A stretch of 63,408 bases of DNA, counting the filler, from Chiloscyllium plagiosum (lineage: Eukaryota): assembly GCF_004010195.1 (NCBI RefSeq). It is 3 parts of one record of this genome, joined end to end, with 100 filler letters (N's around TTAATTAATTAA, not from the genome) between each part and the next. Parts side by side here need not be neighbours in the genome. Positions count along the whole stretch, not along the records: positions 1 to 29,973 come from NC_057714.1; 2 more parts are not named here. The stretch is one strand, 5' to 3'. A model generated the notes under the pieces. That model made no database searches. It was not told where the DNA came from and saw nothing but the letters and a program-made list of their open reading frames with translations. Shown here piece by piece: positions 11,704 through 24,235 of this stretch (position 1 is the stretch's first letter; each line of letters begins with the position of its first letter). A program made the translations under genes and the position numbers.

Positions 11704-12664
11704 AGGACAGTTTGACTCCAGTCCATCCTACAAATCTGCATTATACATAACCTCAGAGATCATCACAGAGACACCAGAGAAAAAAATGTTTTTAAGTTTC
11801 CTAAACAGGGCAGCTGCTGCAAATTACAACAAACACCAAAGCATTTATTTTTTCAATAAAGTGCAATTCCTCAGCGTAAAATTGTCTTTATTTATTGAGA
11901 CTGCTGCATAGAAACGTGCAGGGCAGTATTTTCACAGCGAGCCCATTTCAACATTTATTTTTCATTCTTCCAAAGAATGTTTTTCAAAACTTCATGGAGT
12001 CTGTCATAGGGTAAGTATGATTTCTTCCCAGAAGGAACATTTATCATATGTTTTACAGGTACTATTTCTTCTTGCAATTTTAAATAACCATTAGAAAAAA
12101 TCAAAGTTGAAGTAAACCATTTGGAATATCAACGTCAGTTTTTGCAGCTGACAAATGGCCTGGGAACATACCTCTGACGTAAAGCTCAGTAAATTTTACA
12201 ATCAATTCTAAAATTTGCAATACAAGACAGCCTAGTTTCTGTTTCTGTCAATGTTGCACGTAGTCCTCCTGTCAATAGTCACTCTCCCTGTATGTTCTGA
12301 TGGAGATTCACTGGATACTAAACAGCAACTCTGCTTTCCCTCCACAGATGCTGCCAGATCTTCTGTTTGTGTGGCTATATAGTGGTGGACAGAAACTAGG
12401 TTGTTGTCTTATGTTGCAAGTTTAAGAGTAATGGAGGGCAGTCGGTGCATCCTGGCCACTGTGTGATCAATTATTGGTGTACCATCCCAGATTTTAGACT
12501 TTGTGCATCATACTGTCCAATTAATTGGCCAATGAACTCAGAGACCAGGTTGGACATTTTGGGAGAGAGATGGGAAGATTGAGTCAGAAAACTTGAGTCA
12601 GATCCCCACTGCATTTTGTGAAGGTAGGCGTAGAACGGTCAGGTCCAAATGGTGACAGTGGAGT

Positions 12665-12871
12665 AAGTTGGAGATGCTGGTGTTGCTCTGGGGTGGACAA
12701 AGTTAAAAATCACACAATGCCAGATTATAGTCCAACAGGTTTATTTGGAATCACTAGCTTTCAGAGCGCTGCCCCTGCAAACTCCACAACCACATGATGA
12801 AGGAGCAGTGCTCCAAAAGCTAGTGCTTCCAAATAAATCTGTTGGACTATAATCTGGTGTTGTGCAATTTT
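12665..12871. mobile_element. Fold-back Penelope terminal insertion, second family
   Basis: Inverted arms aaaaatcacacaa...tagctttc and aaagcta...tgtgcaattttt. TSD tgaca(g/a)tggagt at 12653-12664 and 12872-12883. Confidence 0.8.
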
Positions 12872-13552
12872 TGACAATGGAGTGGATCGTGAAGGTGCTG
12901 TAGTCTGCCATCTGTTTTCATTTACAACTACTTCGGCCCAGGTATAGTGAGGAATTTCAGGCCCTTGGGCATTCACCCTGATATCTGACCTGTCCCCAGT
13001 GCTCCCTCATATTCCCCTGTCTATTCCATATTCACTTTGTTGGTATCATCGATATCCAGAACCAATAGCCATTGCCAAGTCTGACTGGTCTTTGAAACAA
13101 TCCTGAAAATAACCAAGTATGCAGAGTCTTTGAAAAATAGTTGGAAAAGAAAGTACAGCTTGAAACTTCTTAAAAATGTCAAAAACCATTTGTATTAATA
13201 TCAGGATTGCTTTATTTCATACTTCATTTCCTGTTCATAAGCATACAGTGACAAACTCTTCAAAGAAACTAATTATTACATTGTAATAGACATATCAATC
13301 AAGTGGCCTTAGCCCAGCATTTGTAATGAGGTCATCTAGCAACTGTATCAACAAGAGCTGATTGATCAGGTGGCGTTAGTTTGATAACTTACGATTGGGT
13401 ACCTCTGTGGTTTACTGTTCCTCTGAGGTGTTAGAAATGACTGACTCCCCCAAAATTCGGGGGTGTTTGTTTGAACTGATCAATCCTGAAATAGACCTGA
13501 CAAAGTTGGGATTACTGTATGCAGACTCCGCATCCTCAGCTCTACCATGTGA

Positions 13553-13636
13553 CATAGAGTCGTAATGATGTACAGCATGGAAACAGACCCTTTGGTCCAA
13601 CCCGTCCATGCCGACCAGATATCCCAACCCAATCTC
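13553..13636 (-). mobile_element. CR1 3' terminal stub
   Basis: Reverse complement of about 3597-3678. Confidence 0.85.
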
Positions 13637-13949
13637 TTTGGAATCTAATCTCAACAGGTATTTTAAATAGTCTTCAGTCAATCCAACTTTGTGAAAATCT
13701 GTACCATTATCATGTCTTTGTATTCTATTGCAGTCAAGACAGCATTGTGTCTGCAGCTGACCACTACCTTTGGGTTTGAGTGGACACAATACAAATTACA
13801 CAGTAACTTGTGCTCAGATTTACCACAGAATATTGATTCATTTTATCCCAATTGACAAAGTGAAAATCTTTGTGGGATTTAACCTTGTTGTCTGCTGATA
13901 ACAAAACAACAATACATTGCACCTTTGGCATGGTGATACTTTGAGTTCC

Positions 13950-14810
13950 TTCACAGTTGTTAGAGATAACTCGGGCAAACCAGAATTGAGAAGAGTTGGG
14001 GAAATGATTGAACATTGGGTCGCAACTGTAGTTGTTTTGAAGAGAACATTGGCGATAAAGAGCAATGAGGTTGGGGAAGGAAGCACCAAAGAGCAAGTCA
14101 GTGATGCTGAAGGCTTTGTGATCGCGAAGTAAAGGAAAGGGAAGATGTGAAGGATCAGAATTGACAAATAGATGCTGCAAGTTATTATGCAAGGCTGGAG
14201 GAAACAGCAGAGCTTAGTTGGCTTTGGAGGTATTCAAACATAAGGCAAGGATTTTGAAATGCACGTGATGGGAGAACTGGGTAAAGACAGGAGTTAATGC
14301 TGAGTAGAGATGAGTAAAGAAAGGAGTATAAGTGTTTAGTTCAGATTTCACAGAACTGCAGAATTACTGCTGGATGAACAGGAGGATGGTAGAAAATCAT
14401 TGGTCAAATTCATGAGGTTGGGCATAAGTGGTTGAAATTATTGAGATGGAAGATGTCAGTCTTGATGTTGCATTAAATGTGGGATTTGAAGCTCAGTTCA
14501 AAATTAAGAAAAAAATACAAGACTTTGTATAGTTGGGTTCCATCTTAATGAGTGGTTAAGTGGGAACACAGGAGGATGAAATGTCTATGAAGATGGTTGC
14601 CTTATCAGAGGGAGCAGGGCAGGTGCTAGCTGAAAGGACTCTGAACAGAGGGAGAGGAGAAGGGAGTGCAGGCTTAAGTGATGATGACACATTGAAGGAC
14701 TTGAGAAACGAAAGAAAGAGTTCAGATGGGAAAGTAATTGTAGAGGACAGAGAGGCTGTGGGTGGACATTTTTAAAGACAGGTAAAATTACAACCAATTT
14801 GAAGAATGAC
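13950..14810 (-). mobile_element. Degenerate L2-clade LINE fragments
   Basis: Minus-strand remnants FKLVVILPVFKN and ELSFKSHI..IKTDIFHL resemble the L2 RT motifs FKxAxITPLLKK and ELSFxPHIxxITKTAYFHL. Confidence 0.5.
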
Positions 14811-15169
14811 ATTATGCCTGAGGAATTAGGTGCAAAGGTGTATCAAATTTTCTTCATGTAGAAAGAATCTTAGCTTCAATGAAATGAGGGAAGTGTGCTC
14901 TTAGCTGGGAAATCCCAGTGGGACAGTATGCCAAAAAAAGGGCTATATATGTCTCCCCATGATTGGCTAGCTACTGCTCCCAGTGGCTTCATGTTGACAG
15001 TACAGAATTGATGAATGAAAACCCTGCGAGTAAATAGTTCACAAAGGATCATCTGCATCTCTCTCTGAGATGGTGAACTGGCTTTGGTGAAACATGGAGA
15101 TGTTATTACGTTGTTATTAAGTTATTATAAACAGATGCCCGAACTCATGAAGCACAGACACCATGATGG

Positions 15170-15445
15170 GTTTTAGTTTTGAAGGGGATTTCAGAATTAG
15201 GGATAATCAAAGCTATTGAGGGATTTGAAGACAAGAATGAGAATTTTAAATTCAAGACATTGCAATGTAGGTCAGTCATCGCAGAGATGATAGACAATCC
15301 ATACTTACTACGAGATAAGACAATGGTGGCAGGGACTGAGACTGGAAGAACAATTATCAGTGTGTTGGAATGACATGAATGAGGCTTTTAGCAGCAGATG
15401 TGCTGAGATGTACCAAGTCAGGCAATATTATGGAAGTACAAATAC
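15170..15445 (-). mobile_element. Degenerate L2 3' fragment
   Basis: gggatttgaagacaagaatgagaattttaaa translates on the minus strand to FKILILVFKSL, typical of the L2 C-terminus. Confidence 0.55.
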
Positions 15446-16099
15446 TGTGACTCATAGCATTAGGAGATGCCCCTATTTTTGTATATAATCAGCCAATGCC
15501 CCTTTTCAACTGTGGTCCATGCTATAACTCACATTGGTAGTCAGGTTCAAGTTTCCAATTAGTCAACCTGACTTGGTCTGGCCTGCGTGTGACTCCAGAA
15601 ACTCAGAAGCTAACCCTAACTGCCCTCTGAGCAATTGGGGATGGCCAGTAAATGAATGAAGAAAAACAAACTTGGTCATTTCAGGTCCTTGACCGGCCTC
15701 TGCAAAGGATGTCATTCCTTGATCTGCTGACTGAATTGAATGGAATTGGGAAGGAAATGAACGTTGCAGCCCCTCCACTGCACCCCCACCCCCCTCCAGT
15801 CTGCCCCTGTGTGCCAGTTAGAATGACATTCATTGATACAAATGATGATTATCTCATTAACTGGCTCCTTTTCCTACATCATAACAACGACAACACTACC
15901 CAACTTTTTCAGTGACAAGAATGCTATGGAATCCATGTGTATGAAAATAAGTGTGAACAGATGATCCAGGAGCAGGACTAGGTTATATTGCCCCTTGTAC
16001 CTACTCCACCAGTTAATAAGATCACGTCCATTCTGAATGTGGCCTTGACTTCACTTTCCTGCCTCGTCCCTTCACCCTTTGATGATGATCCATAACTTT

Positions 16100-16720
16100 A
16101 AAGATGGCGGTGGAGTCAATGGGCTGATCACGGAAATTGTCTGCTCCCATTGGCTTTCTTTATCTTTTTTCCTTCTTTCCTTTTGGGCTGTTTTTCATTT
16201 TCCTTTGTTTTCTTTCCTTTTGGGTCTGGAGAGTGGTGGGTGAGGGAGGAGGCATCCAGCAGCGGCAGCTACGTCAGAAGGAGCCGGACTTGACTCCACC
16301 CCAGCCCAGGGTCTCCAGGTAAGCGAGGAGAAGGTCCTGTGCTGACTGCCCCAGGCCTGCACTGTTGCTCTGGGTCAGCAGCTGGGTCTGGGTGCCTAAA
16401 GGACGAAAGTTGGTCTCGACACAGTATGCTGGTCTTGTCCTGGCGTGGAGATCTCTTCCCCGTGTGAAGGTTGTCTTCAGCCTCCAGGTATTCCAGCGGC
16501 CTGGTGGGCAGGTCCCTGGTGGAGTGGGGTGTCCCTCCCTGGAGTGGGGGGGCCCCTGTCTGGTGTGGAGTCCTCTGCCTGGTGTGGCTGTTTCATCCTG
16601 GTGTGTCTCAAAAGGGGAAACATCTTTTCCGTACTCACCCTGACAACTGCCCTCAGGATTCAGCATGTCTCAATAAGATCAGCCCAATGTACTGAGGTTG
16701 TCAAAGGAGTTACAGAAATG
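16100..16720 (+). repeat. Unclassified GC-richer interspersed element starting at a YY1-like motif
   Basis: Abrupt compositional change starting at aagatggcgg, followed by a T-rich tract. Family not recognised. Confidence 0.3.
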
Positions 16721-18669
16721 TAGGCTCTTTGTGCCTTTCCTTTCCGTGGATTCCCCGGATCAACTTATGTTGGACTAAAATCATTCAAACAAAGTTGTTG
16801 TGGCATTTTTGAGTTCTGTTGAGTTTCTGGGCTCCTGTCCTGGCCTCCAATGGGGTAATCCCATAGGAATTCCATTCGGTTTGCCTAGTGGTATCTGAGT
16901 CAGTATGGGGTCGGCTGTGGTGGGACAGCAGGTGGGATGGTGGTGTACAGTGATCAGATGTTGCAGCCTTCCTGCCTGTGCAACTTTCAGAATGACGAGT
17001 CCCTAAATGCTGGTGTATGTCTGGTTGTTTTGAGAGGGGTGACTTGATTATTTCAACGAGCCCTGTGACCTGCTCCTTTGTTTTATCGGTCATGCTTCAC
17101 TGAGAAAAGCTATCACAGGGCTGCTCTGGGAGCTGTGACTCACCCATTTCCTCCTTTGATGGCCCTCGTGGCCGACATTTTGAATTAGTCCCATTGATGA
17201 ACAGACTCTCCCTGTAGGTACATCTTGATGCCGTTACTGACTGACTGGCAGTTGCAAAACATTGACAAATCTTGCTAAAACTCATCAGTAAAAAATAAAT
17301 TGCTAGCTGCTCAATATGTCTAAGCTTGCTGTTTGAGTTACAAATTTGATTGTTGCATTTCAGCTAATTGAGAGATATGTTTTGTATTGTTCCTTGGTAT
17401 TTAGTCTATCCTTATAGTCAGTCATGGCAGATTACCTTTAATATTGTTGAAGGAATGCCTCTTCATTTTATTTTCCGTTGGTGAATAGATAAAGACACAA
17501 ACCTTTGCAAAGCATTGCGATTATATCTCTTCAGGCATTCAATGTAGGAATTGGCTGCATCAGCAGGATTTCTGGATTCCTCTGAGTTCCTGTATAGAAT
17601 CGAATGTTTTAATATTGCAGCAGAGGTTTCTGTGATGATCCTTATTTGTGGAGGTCAGTAAATTACCAGCAGTTCATGAAATCAAAATGAACTCAGTGGG
17701 GAACTAAGGGAAGATGACTGGAAATTGTTTTTTTAAAATTCAGATGAATATACTCTTGTAAAATCCACAAGTTTGGCCGAAGTTTCACCAAATCCCACAC
17801 CTGCTTTGTGTTTCATAACAGTATCGAGTGAACACTGGCATAACTTTCATAAAATTATGGAAACTTAGAGCACGGAAGGAGGTTGCTTGGTTATTCAGGT
17901 CTGTGCTAATTCTTTGAAAGAGCACTTCGGCCCTAGACCCACACCCTCATTTTTTGTCCTCAACCCTTTAAGGGCCTCATTCTCTAATACTTTTTAAATT
18001 TGTCTTTAAAATTGTTTATGGATTCAATGTATTTTTCAAGTAGCCCATTTAGAAGCAATTCACAATTGTATGATCTTTGGAATTTTATGAAATCAGAAAC
18101 ATTGTAACAGCTCTTGTAAACAGCATTTCAGTAACTGACCCCTGCAGAGCTGTTTTACACTGTAGCTTGGGCCTTGACTTAGTTTAGAGAAATGGAGGTG
18201 ATTCTAATTGAAAAATATAAGATTCTGGGGAACCTTGATAGCATAGAAACTTAGTGATTTAATGCATGGAAAATTTAAAAAACCTGAAAGAGCCATGGAG
18301 GCTGGATTATGAATATGTTTAAGGTTGAGTTAGACAGATTTTTGACAGGAATGGCACCTGATGGTTATGGTGGAGTGGGGATTGGAGAGGTGATCACAGG
18401 CAGGAAAGTGGAGTTAAGGCTGCAATTATTATATAAGACAGTTGGCCTGAAAGGGATAACTCCGACTTCAGAATATATAAACGACTGTGTCTGGGTGGAG
18501 CTTATCAGTTGTTCTGGATTGATGTTGGTTGTTACTCTGTTTGATACTTTTCTACTGCAGAGACCTCTGACTCACCTCGTGTCAATGTACATAATCTTAA
18601 GCAACATAACCTGTTAGCTTACTATTATGCAGTAATAAACCAATAAACTATTTCTTGTTATCTATGTGT

Positions 18670-19560
18670 CTCTTCTACCAAAGACTTAAACCTTTGCAGA
18701 ACAACTACATTCTGTCCTTAAAAAAGACCCTGAGCTTCCAGTTGCCTGCCACTTCAACATGCCACCCTGTTCCCTGGCCAACAGCTCTGTCTTAGGTCAG
18801 AGTGGTGCTGGAAAAGTACAGCAGGTCAGGCAGCATCCAAGGAGCAGGAAAATCGATGTTTTGGGCAAAAGCCCTTCATCAGGAATGGTGGCAGGGAGCC
18901 TCCAGGGTATGGGGGCATTTATCTCTCCACCCTGGAGGCTTCCTGATGAAGGGCTTTTGCCCAAAACATCGATTTTCCTGCTCCTCAGATGCTGCCTGAC
19001 CTGCTGTGCTTTTCCAGCATCATTCTGATCTAAACTCTGGTTTCCAGCATCTGCAGTCCTCACTTTTGCCTGACATCTCTGTCACAGCCTTGCTGCAGTG
19101 TTCCAGTGAAGCTCAGTGAAAGCTGGAACAACAATACCTCATTTGCTACATGGGGACCCTGCAGCCCTCTGAACTCAATACCGAGTTCAACAATTTTCAG
19201 GCTTGAGCTCTTCCATGTCCTTATCCCTACCCTCACACACCAGGCCTTGTTATTACATAGTTTGCTATACACACAACATTGTTAGCCACTTTCACGTTAA
19301 TAGCTATTCACACTCCTAGCTGGATCATTGGTCCAACTGTTCTTCTCTCTCTTTGGAATCTATCTCCATCTATTGTCTGCCCAATCTTCCTTCTACATAT
19401 AAACGAATATTTTCCAACCTACCATCAGTTCTGAAGAAGGGTCCAGACACAAAACTTTAACTCTGATTTCTCTTCACAGATGCTGCCAAAACTACTGAAC
19501 TGCAGAACTTTCTATTTTTGTTTCTGATTTACAGCATCTGCAGTTCTTTTTGGTTTTTAT
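18670..19560 (+). mobile_element. Old Penelope 3' end (GIY-YIG C-terminus and terminal repeat)
   Basis: Translates to fragments like FAEQLHSV, PVACHFN and GTLQPSELNTEFNNF. Decayed ctgaagaagggtc core at about 19431. Confidence 0.65.
18797..19070. mobile_element. Fold-back Penelope terminal insertion nested in an older Penelope
   Basis: Inverted arms at about 18806-18885 and 18940-19021. Both cores carry the same CGAAAC to CAAAAC change. Confidence 0.85.
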
Positions 19561-19765
19561 TGTTGAATCTTGAGAATTTGGCCAACTGAAATATGATCAC
19601 TTCAGAGCCAAATCCAGTGAATGTTGGAGATTTGAAACAAACACAAAAAATATTGGAGAACCCCAGCAAGTCTGGCAGTATTTGTGGAGATCTCTCCTCA
19701 CCCCTCCTGTCTGAAAGTGTATAAAATAACATTTTCCTTTCTGTTCTGAAGAGTCTTACGGGACC

Positions 19766-20328
19766 AAATGTCATCTACTGTATCCATTGCACCCGATGTG
19801 GTCTCCTCTACATCGGGGAGACAGGACGCCAACTTGCGAATCGTTTCAGAGAACATCTCTGGGACATCCGTACCAACCAACCCCACCGGCCCGTGCTGAG
19901 CACTTCAGCCTCCCCACTCACTCAGTCAAGGACATGCAGGTCCTGGGCCTCCTCCATCGCCTGAGGAAGAACACCTCTTATTCTGCCCTGGGACCTTGCA
20001 ATCACAGGGGATTAATGTGGATCTCACCAGTTTCCTCATTTTCCCTCCCCCATGTTATCCCAATCCCAAGACTCCGACTCGGCATCACCTTCTCTTGACC
20101 TGTCCATCATCTTTCCCATCTATTCCATCCGCTCCACCCTCCTCTCCGACCTATCACCTTCTCCCCCACCTTCATCTACTTATTGCATTCTCAGTGAACT
20201 TCCCTCCAAGCCTATTTCTCCAAATATCGACTCTCCTGCTCCTTGGATGCTGCTTGACCTGCTATATTTTTCCAGCACTGCACTCTCGACTCTGATCTCC
20301 AGCATCTGCAGACCTCACTTTTTCCTCC
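19766..20328 (+). mobile_element. Penelope 3' fragment with GIY-YIG endonuclease
   Basis: NVIYCIHCTRCGLLYIGETGRQLANRFREHL followed by the terminal repeat ...cagcatctgcagacctcactt. Confidence 0.9.
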
Positions 20329-20839
20329 TCAATGTCCACTCTGTTTTTCTCTCTCCACAGATCCACAGTAAACAGTGGGAGGGAAGCAAGTTTCTCGCAG
20401 GAAGCTGTTGGTTTGTGCACAAGCTTTGAGATTGTCAATCATTAGTTTGAGCATATTAATAGGAGGACAGCTTAGGCTTTGCAGTATATTGGGAGATATT
20501 CAGGCCAAATTATAGGAAGGAAATTTGAAAAGAGGAAGAAATGTTTGCAATGGATTCAGCAAAAAGGCTCAAGGCCAGAGGCAGAATGTTAATGTCATGG
20601 AGGACATGACAAAAGACGAGGGAGTATGTTCAACATGGGGAAAGCAGTGTGCTGACTGTAAGAAGCTGAAAAGCTGAATCACTTCACATGCAAATATTTC
20701 ATCAGAAAGAAGCCAAACAAACCCATAAGGATGGCTGCTGGCGAGTCGACAGTCAATGGTTCTGATTAATCCCTTTACACTATATAACAGGTTAACATTA
20801 CAAGGTTTAAATTATAAATGGCTTGTGACTTATCACTGG

Positions 20840-21210
20840 TGATGGTGATCACTTGTTAGCGAGTATGATTGTCCTCCTGGGGGATTCTGGGTCACTGGTC
20901 ATGACGGTTCTGTGGGTTCTGGTGTGGCTGATGAGCCCAATCCTGGAGCTGCATCTCCAACCAGACATTCGGGAGTGTTTCCAGGAGGTAGAATCGGTCC
21001 TTAGCATTGAGATCATTGATATTCCTATCTCCAGCTCCTTTTCTGTACTTCCTCTTGCTGGAGGGTGGCTCTCACACAGGAATTTGCTCCGTCGGTTTCT
21101 TCTGAATGACGGTCTCCCTTGCATTGACAACTATGTTGTATTTCATAAGGGGAGCCTTCAGAGAGTCTTTGAAATGCTCCCTTTGTCCTCTTCTCATTCG
21201 AGTTAGAATG
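20840..21210 (-). mobile_element. RTE-clade LINE 3' fragment
   Basis: Minus strand gives RRGQR..HFKDSLKA and the C-terminal finger remnant RCSSRIGLISHTRTH. Confidence 0.7.
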
Positions 21211-21592
21211 GTAACTGCAGGAGGAGTGCATCAAGTGAAAATGAAATGTTAGCTAGACAATGGCACTTCATAAAGCATCATAAAGCTTCATAAAGCTTTG
21301 CAGAACTGGACAAGTTGGGTCTTGATGGTGATCTAAAAATGAAGCTTCAAGAGTAAGATTGAGGCTGTATGAATGAACAATGCTTGTATTAAAACGGACA
21401 AGTTATGTAATGGGAAGAATGAAGACCTGGAATTCCAAATAATAGACATTAAGCAAAGGCTGAAACAAATCTAAGACTGGGTTTGGTAACCCGAGAAGTA
21501 TGAGAAGAAAATTGCAGTGTTTTGCAGGCCACTATTTCACTGACTGAATGTTGCTTTGATGAATATTATTAAGTCATAGATGAAAGTGTGAG

Positions 21593-21788
21593 CTGGAAAT
21601 GTGTTGCTGGAAAAGCGCAGCAGGTCAGGCAGCATCCAGGGAACAGGAGAATCGACGTTTCGGGCATAAGCCCTTCTTCAGAAAGGTCGATTCTCCTGTT
21701 CCCTGGATGCTGCCTGACCTGCTGCGCTTTTCCAGCAACACATTTCCAGCTCTGATCTCCAGCATCTGCAGACCTCACTTTCTCCTCC
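21593..21788. mobile_element. Fold-back Penelope terminal insertion
   Basis: Inverted arms. TSD atgaaagt(g/a)tgag at 21580-21592 and 21789-21801. Confidence 0.9.
21654..21681 (-). ncRNA. Minimal hammerhead ribozyme motif
   Basis: Reverse complement is CTGAAGA-A-GGGC-TTAT-GCCC-GAA-ACGT-C. Confidence 0.65.
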
Positions 21789-22007
21789 ATGAAAGTATGA
21801 GACCAACTAAGGGACTTTGAATTCTCCGAGGCAGATACTAAGTCCAGCCTAAAATGAATGGAAGACCTGGAAAAGACGGGAATAATCCATAAAATGATAA
21901 CTCCTTCAGACTGATTAGCATCATGGTAGCAGTGCAAAACACAGGAGAACTGAGATTATACACAGATTCCAAGGACATAATAAAGATTTGAAGTTAGAAA
22001 GCCATTT

Positions 22008-22137
22008 ACAGTCATGGAGTTATAGAATTGTCCAGCATGGAAGCAGACCCTTCGGTCTAACTCGTCCATGCTGACCAGATATCCTAAATTAATTTACTCC
22101 CATTAGCCAGCATTTGGCCCATATCCCTGTAAACCCT
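22008..22137 (-). mobile_element. CR1 3' terminal stub
   Basis: Similar to 22257-22380. Confidence 0.8.
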
Positions 22138-22256
22138 CTGCTAATGACACAATGATAGGAAATATTGTAAGCAATATAGATAAGAAACTGCTAAATTTGG
22201 TTAATGTAGGCAAATTTATGGTCATCCACTTTCAATCTAAAAAGGATAAAACACAG

Positions 22257-23633
22257 TAGAGTCATAGAGATGTACAGCACAGAAACAGACCCTTTGGTCC
22301 AACCCGTCCATGTCGACCAGATATCCCAACCCAATCTAGTCCCACCTGCCAGCACCTGGCACATATCCCTCCAAACCCTTCCTATTCATACATCCACCCA
22401 GATGCCTTTTAAATGTTGGAATTGTACCAGCCTCCACCACTTCCTCTGGCAGCTCATTCCATATGCGCACCACTCTCTGAATGAAAAAGTTGCCCCTTAG
22501 ATCTCTTTTATATCTTTCCCTTCTCACCCTAAACCTATGCCCTCTAGTTCTGAACTCCCCCATCTCAGGGAAAAGACTTTGTCTATTTATCCCATCCATG
22601 CCCGTCATGATTTTATAAACCTCTAGAAGGTTACCCCTCAGCCTCAGACGCTCCAGGGAAAACAGCCACAGCCTATTCAACCTCTCCCTAAAGCTCAAAT
22701 CCTCCAACCCTGGCAAAATCCTTTTCTGAACTCTTTCAAGTTTCACAACATCTTTCTGATAAGATGCAGACCAGAATTGCATGTAATATTCCAACAATGG
22801 CCTAACCAATGTCCTGTATAGCCTCAACATGACCTCCCAATTCCTGTACTTAATACTCTGAGCAATAAAGGAAAGCATACCAAATGCCTTTTTCACTATC
22901 CTATTTGACTTCCGTTTCAAGGAGCTATGAACCTGTACTCCAAGGTCTCTTTGTTCAGCAACACTCCCCAGGACCTTCCCATTAAGTTTATAAGTCCTGC
23001 TAAGATTTGCTTTCCCAAAATGCAGCACATCACGTTTATCTAAATTAAACTCCATCTGCCACCTCTCAGCCCATTAGCCCATCTGATCAAGATCCCATTG
23101 TAATTTGAGGTAACCTTCTTCGTTGCCCACTACACCTCCAATTTTGTTGTAATCTGCAAACTTACTAACTGTACCTCTTATGCTCGCATCCAAATAATTT
23201 ATATAAATGATGAAAAATAGAGGATCCAGCACCGATCCTTGTGGCACTCCCCTAGTCACAGGCCTCCAGTCTGAAAAACAACCCTCCACCACTATTCTCT
23301 GTCTTCTACATTTTGCCAGTTGGATACAGAACTGGCTCAGTTCTCTCTGTATTCCATGAGATCTAACCTTGCTAATCAGTCTACCATGGGGAACCTTGTT
23401 GAACACCTTACTGAGGTCCATATAGATCGCATCTACCACTCTGCCCTCATCAATCCTCTTTGTTACTTCTTCATAAAACTCAACCAAGTTTGTGAGACAT
23501 GATTTCCCACACATAAAGCCATGTTGACCAACCCTAATCAGTCCTTGCCTTTCCAAATAAATGTACATCCTATCCCTCAGGATTCCTTCCAACAACTTGC
23601 CCGTCACCGACGTTAGGTTCACTGGTCTATAGT
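22257..23633 (-). mobile_element. CR1 LINE, RT and 3' end
   Basis: ORFs 23074-23703 and 22336-23055: YRPVNLTSV, QHGF, GVPQGSVL, SKFAD, LYRTLVRPLLEY. Sits inside an older + strand CR1 remnant (about 22140-23785). Confidence 0.95.
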
Positions 23634-24216
23634 ACTTCCTAAATGGTGAAAAACCAAAAATAGTGGACATTTTAGAGATTTGTTGGTCCAGTACATAGAT
23701 CATTAAAAAGTAATGAAGTATTACAGGACATTGTCAAAAAGGTTAATGGAATGATGGCTTTCATAGCTCGAGGATGAGCGTATAAAGGGATAAGTGTCAT
23801 CCCTCAGACACCGCCTACCATTGAAGAAAGATTGTCATGACTTGGCAAGGTAATGTTTGTTATCCTCCATGTGAAGATTGGTTCCTGGGAAGTGAGGCTG
23901 GATGAAAGCTGTGTGTTTCTAACTGCAGCCATCATGCCAGTTTGGAAATACGGATAGGTGCATTTGGACGTTTGTCCTTTCCACTACTGCAGGAAAGTAT
24001 CAGTGGAGACTGTATGAGATTGTCAGTGGATGTTATTGTGGGTGATCTGCTTATCTGGGGATGTGGAGACACATGACAGAGTTATCCCCCTCTGAAAGTG
24101 GTTATCCCCCTGTTAATGAGATGGCTTAATTCTGCAAGGGTCCAAAATTCAGTCTTTCAACATCGAAGGAAAACTCCCTTGATGAAGTCTTCATTCCTCG
24201 AATGGTGTTTTCAGAA

Positions 24217-24235
24217 CCTCGCCATCTCGTGGCGA
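24217..24235 (-). promoter_or_regulatory. Candidate CTCF site
   Basis: Minus strand TCGCCACGAGATGGCGAGG. Confidence 0.35.

Larger units (their letters stand above)
21800..24085 (+). mobile_element. Decayed Gypsy RT, split by CR1 insertions (pieces at about 21800-21990 and 23790-24085)
   Basis: MEDLEKTGIIHKMITPSD...MVAV...GELRL..D.KD, then PTIEE, GSWEVRLDES and IVGDLLIWG. These are collinear with the Gypsy RT motifs TEPTDWVSSMV, LRICIDPKD, GFWQ and IVDDILVWG. Confidence 0.6.

Noticed and set aside
21268..21298. Short tandem duplications (also at about 24080, 38590 and 49591)
   Set aside because: Ordinary slippage products with no further structure.
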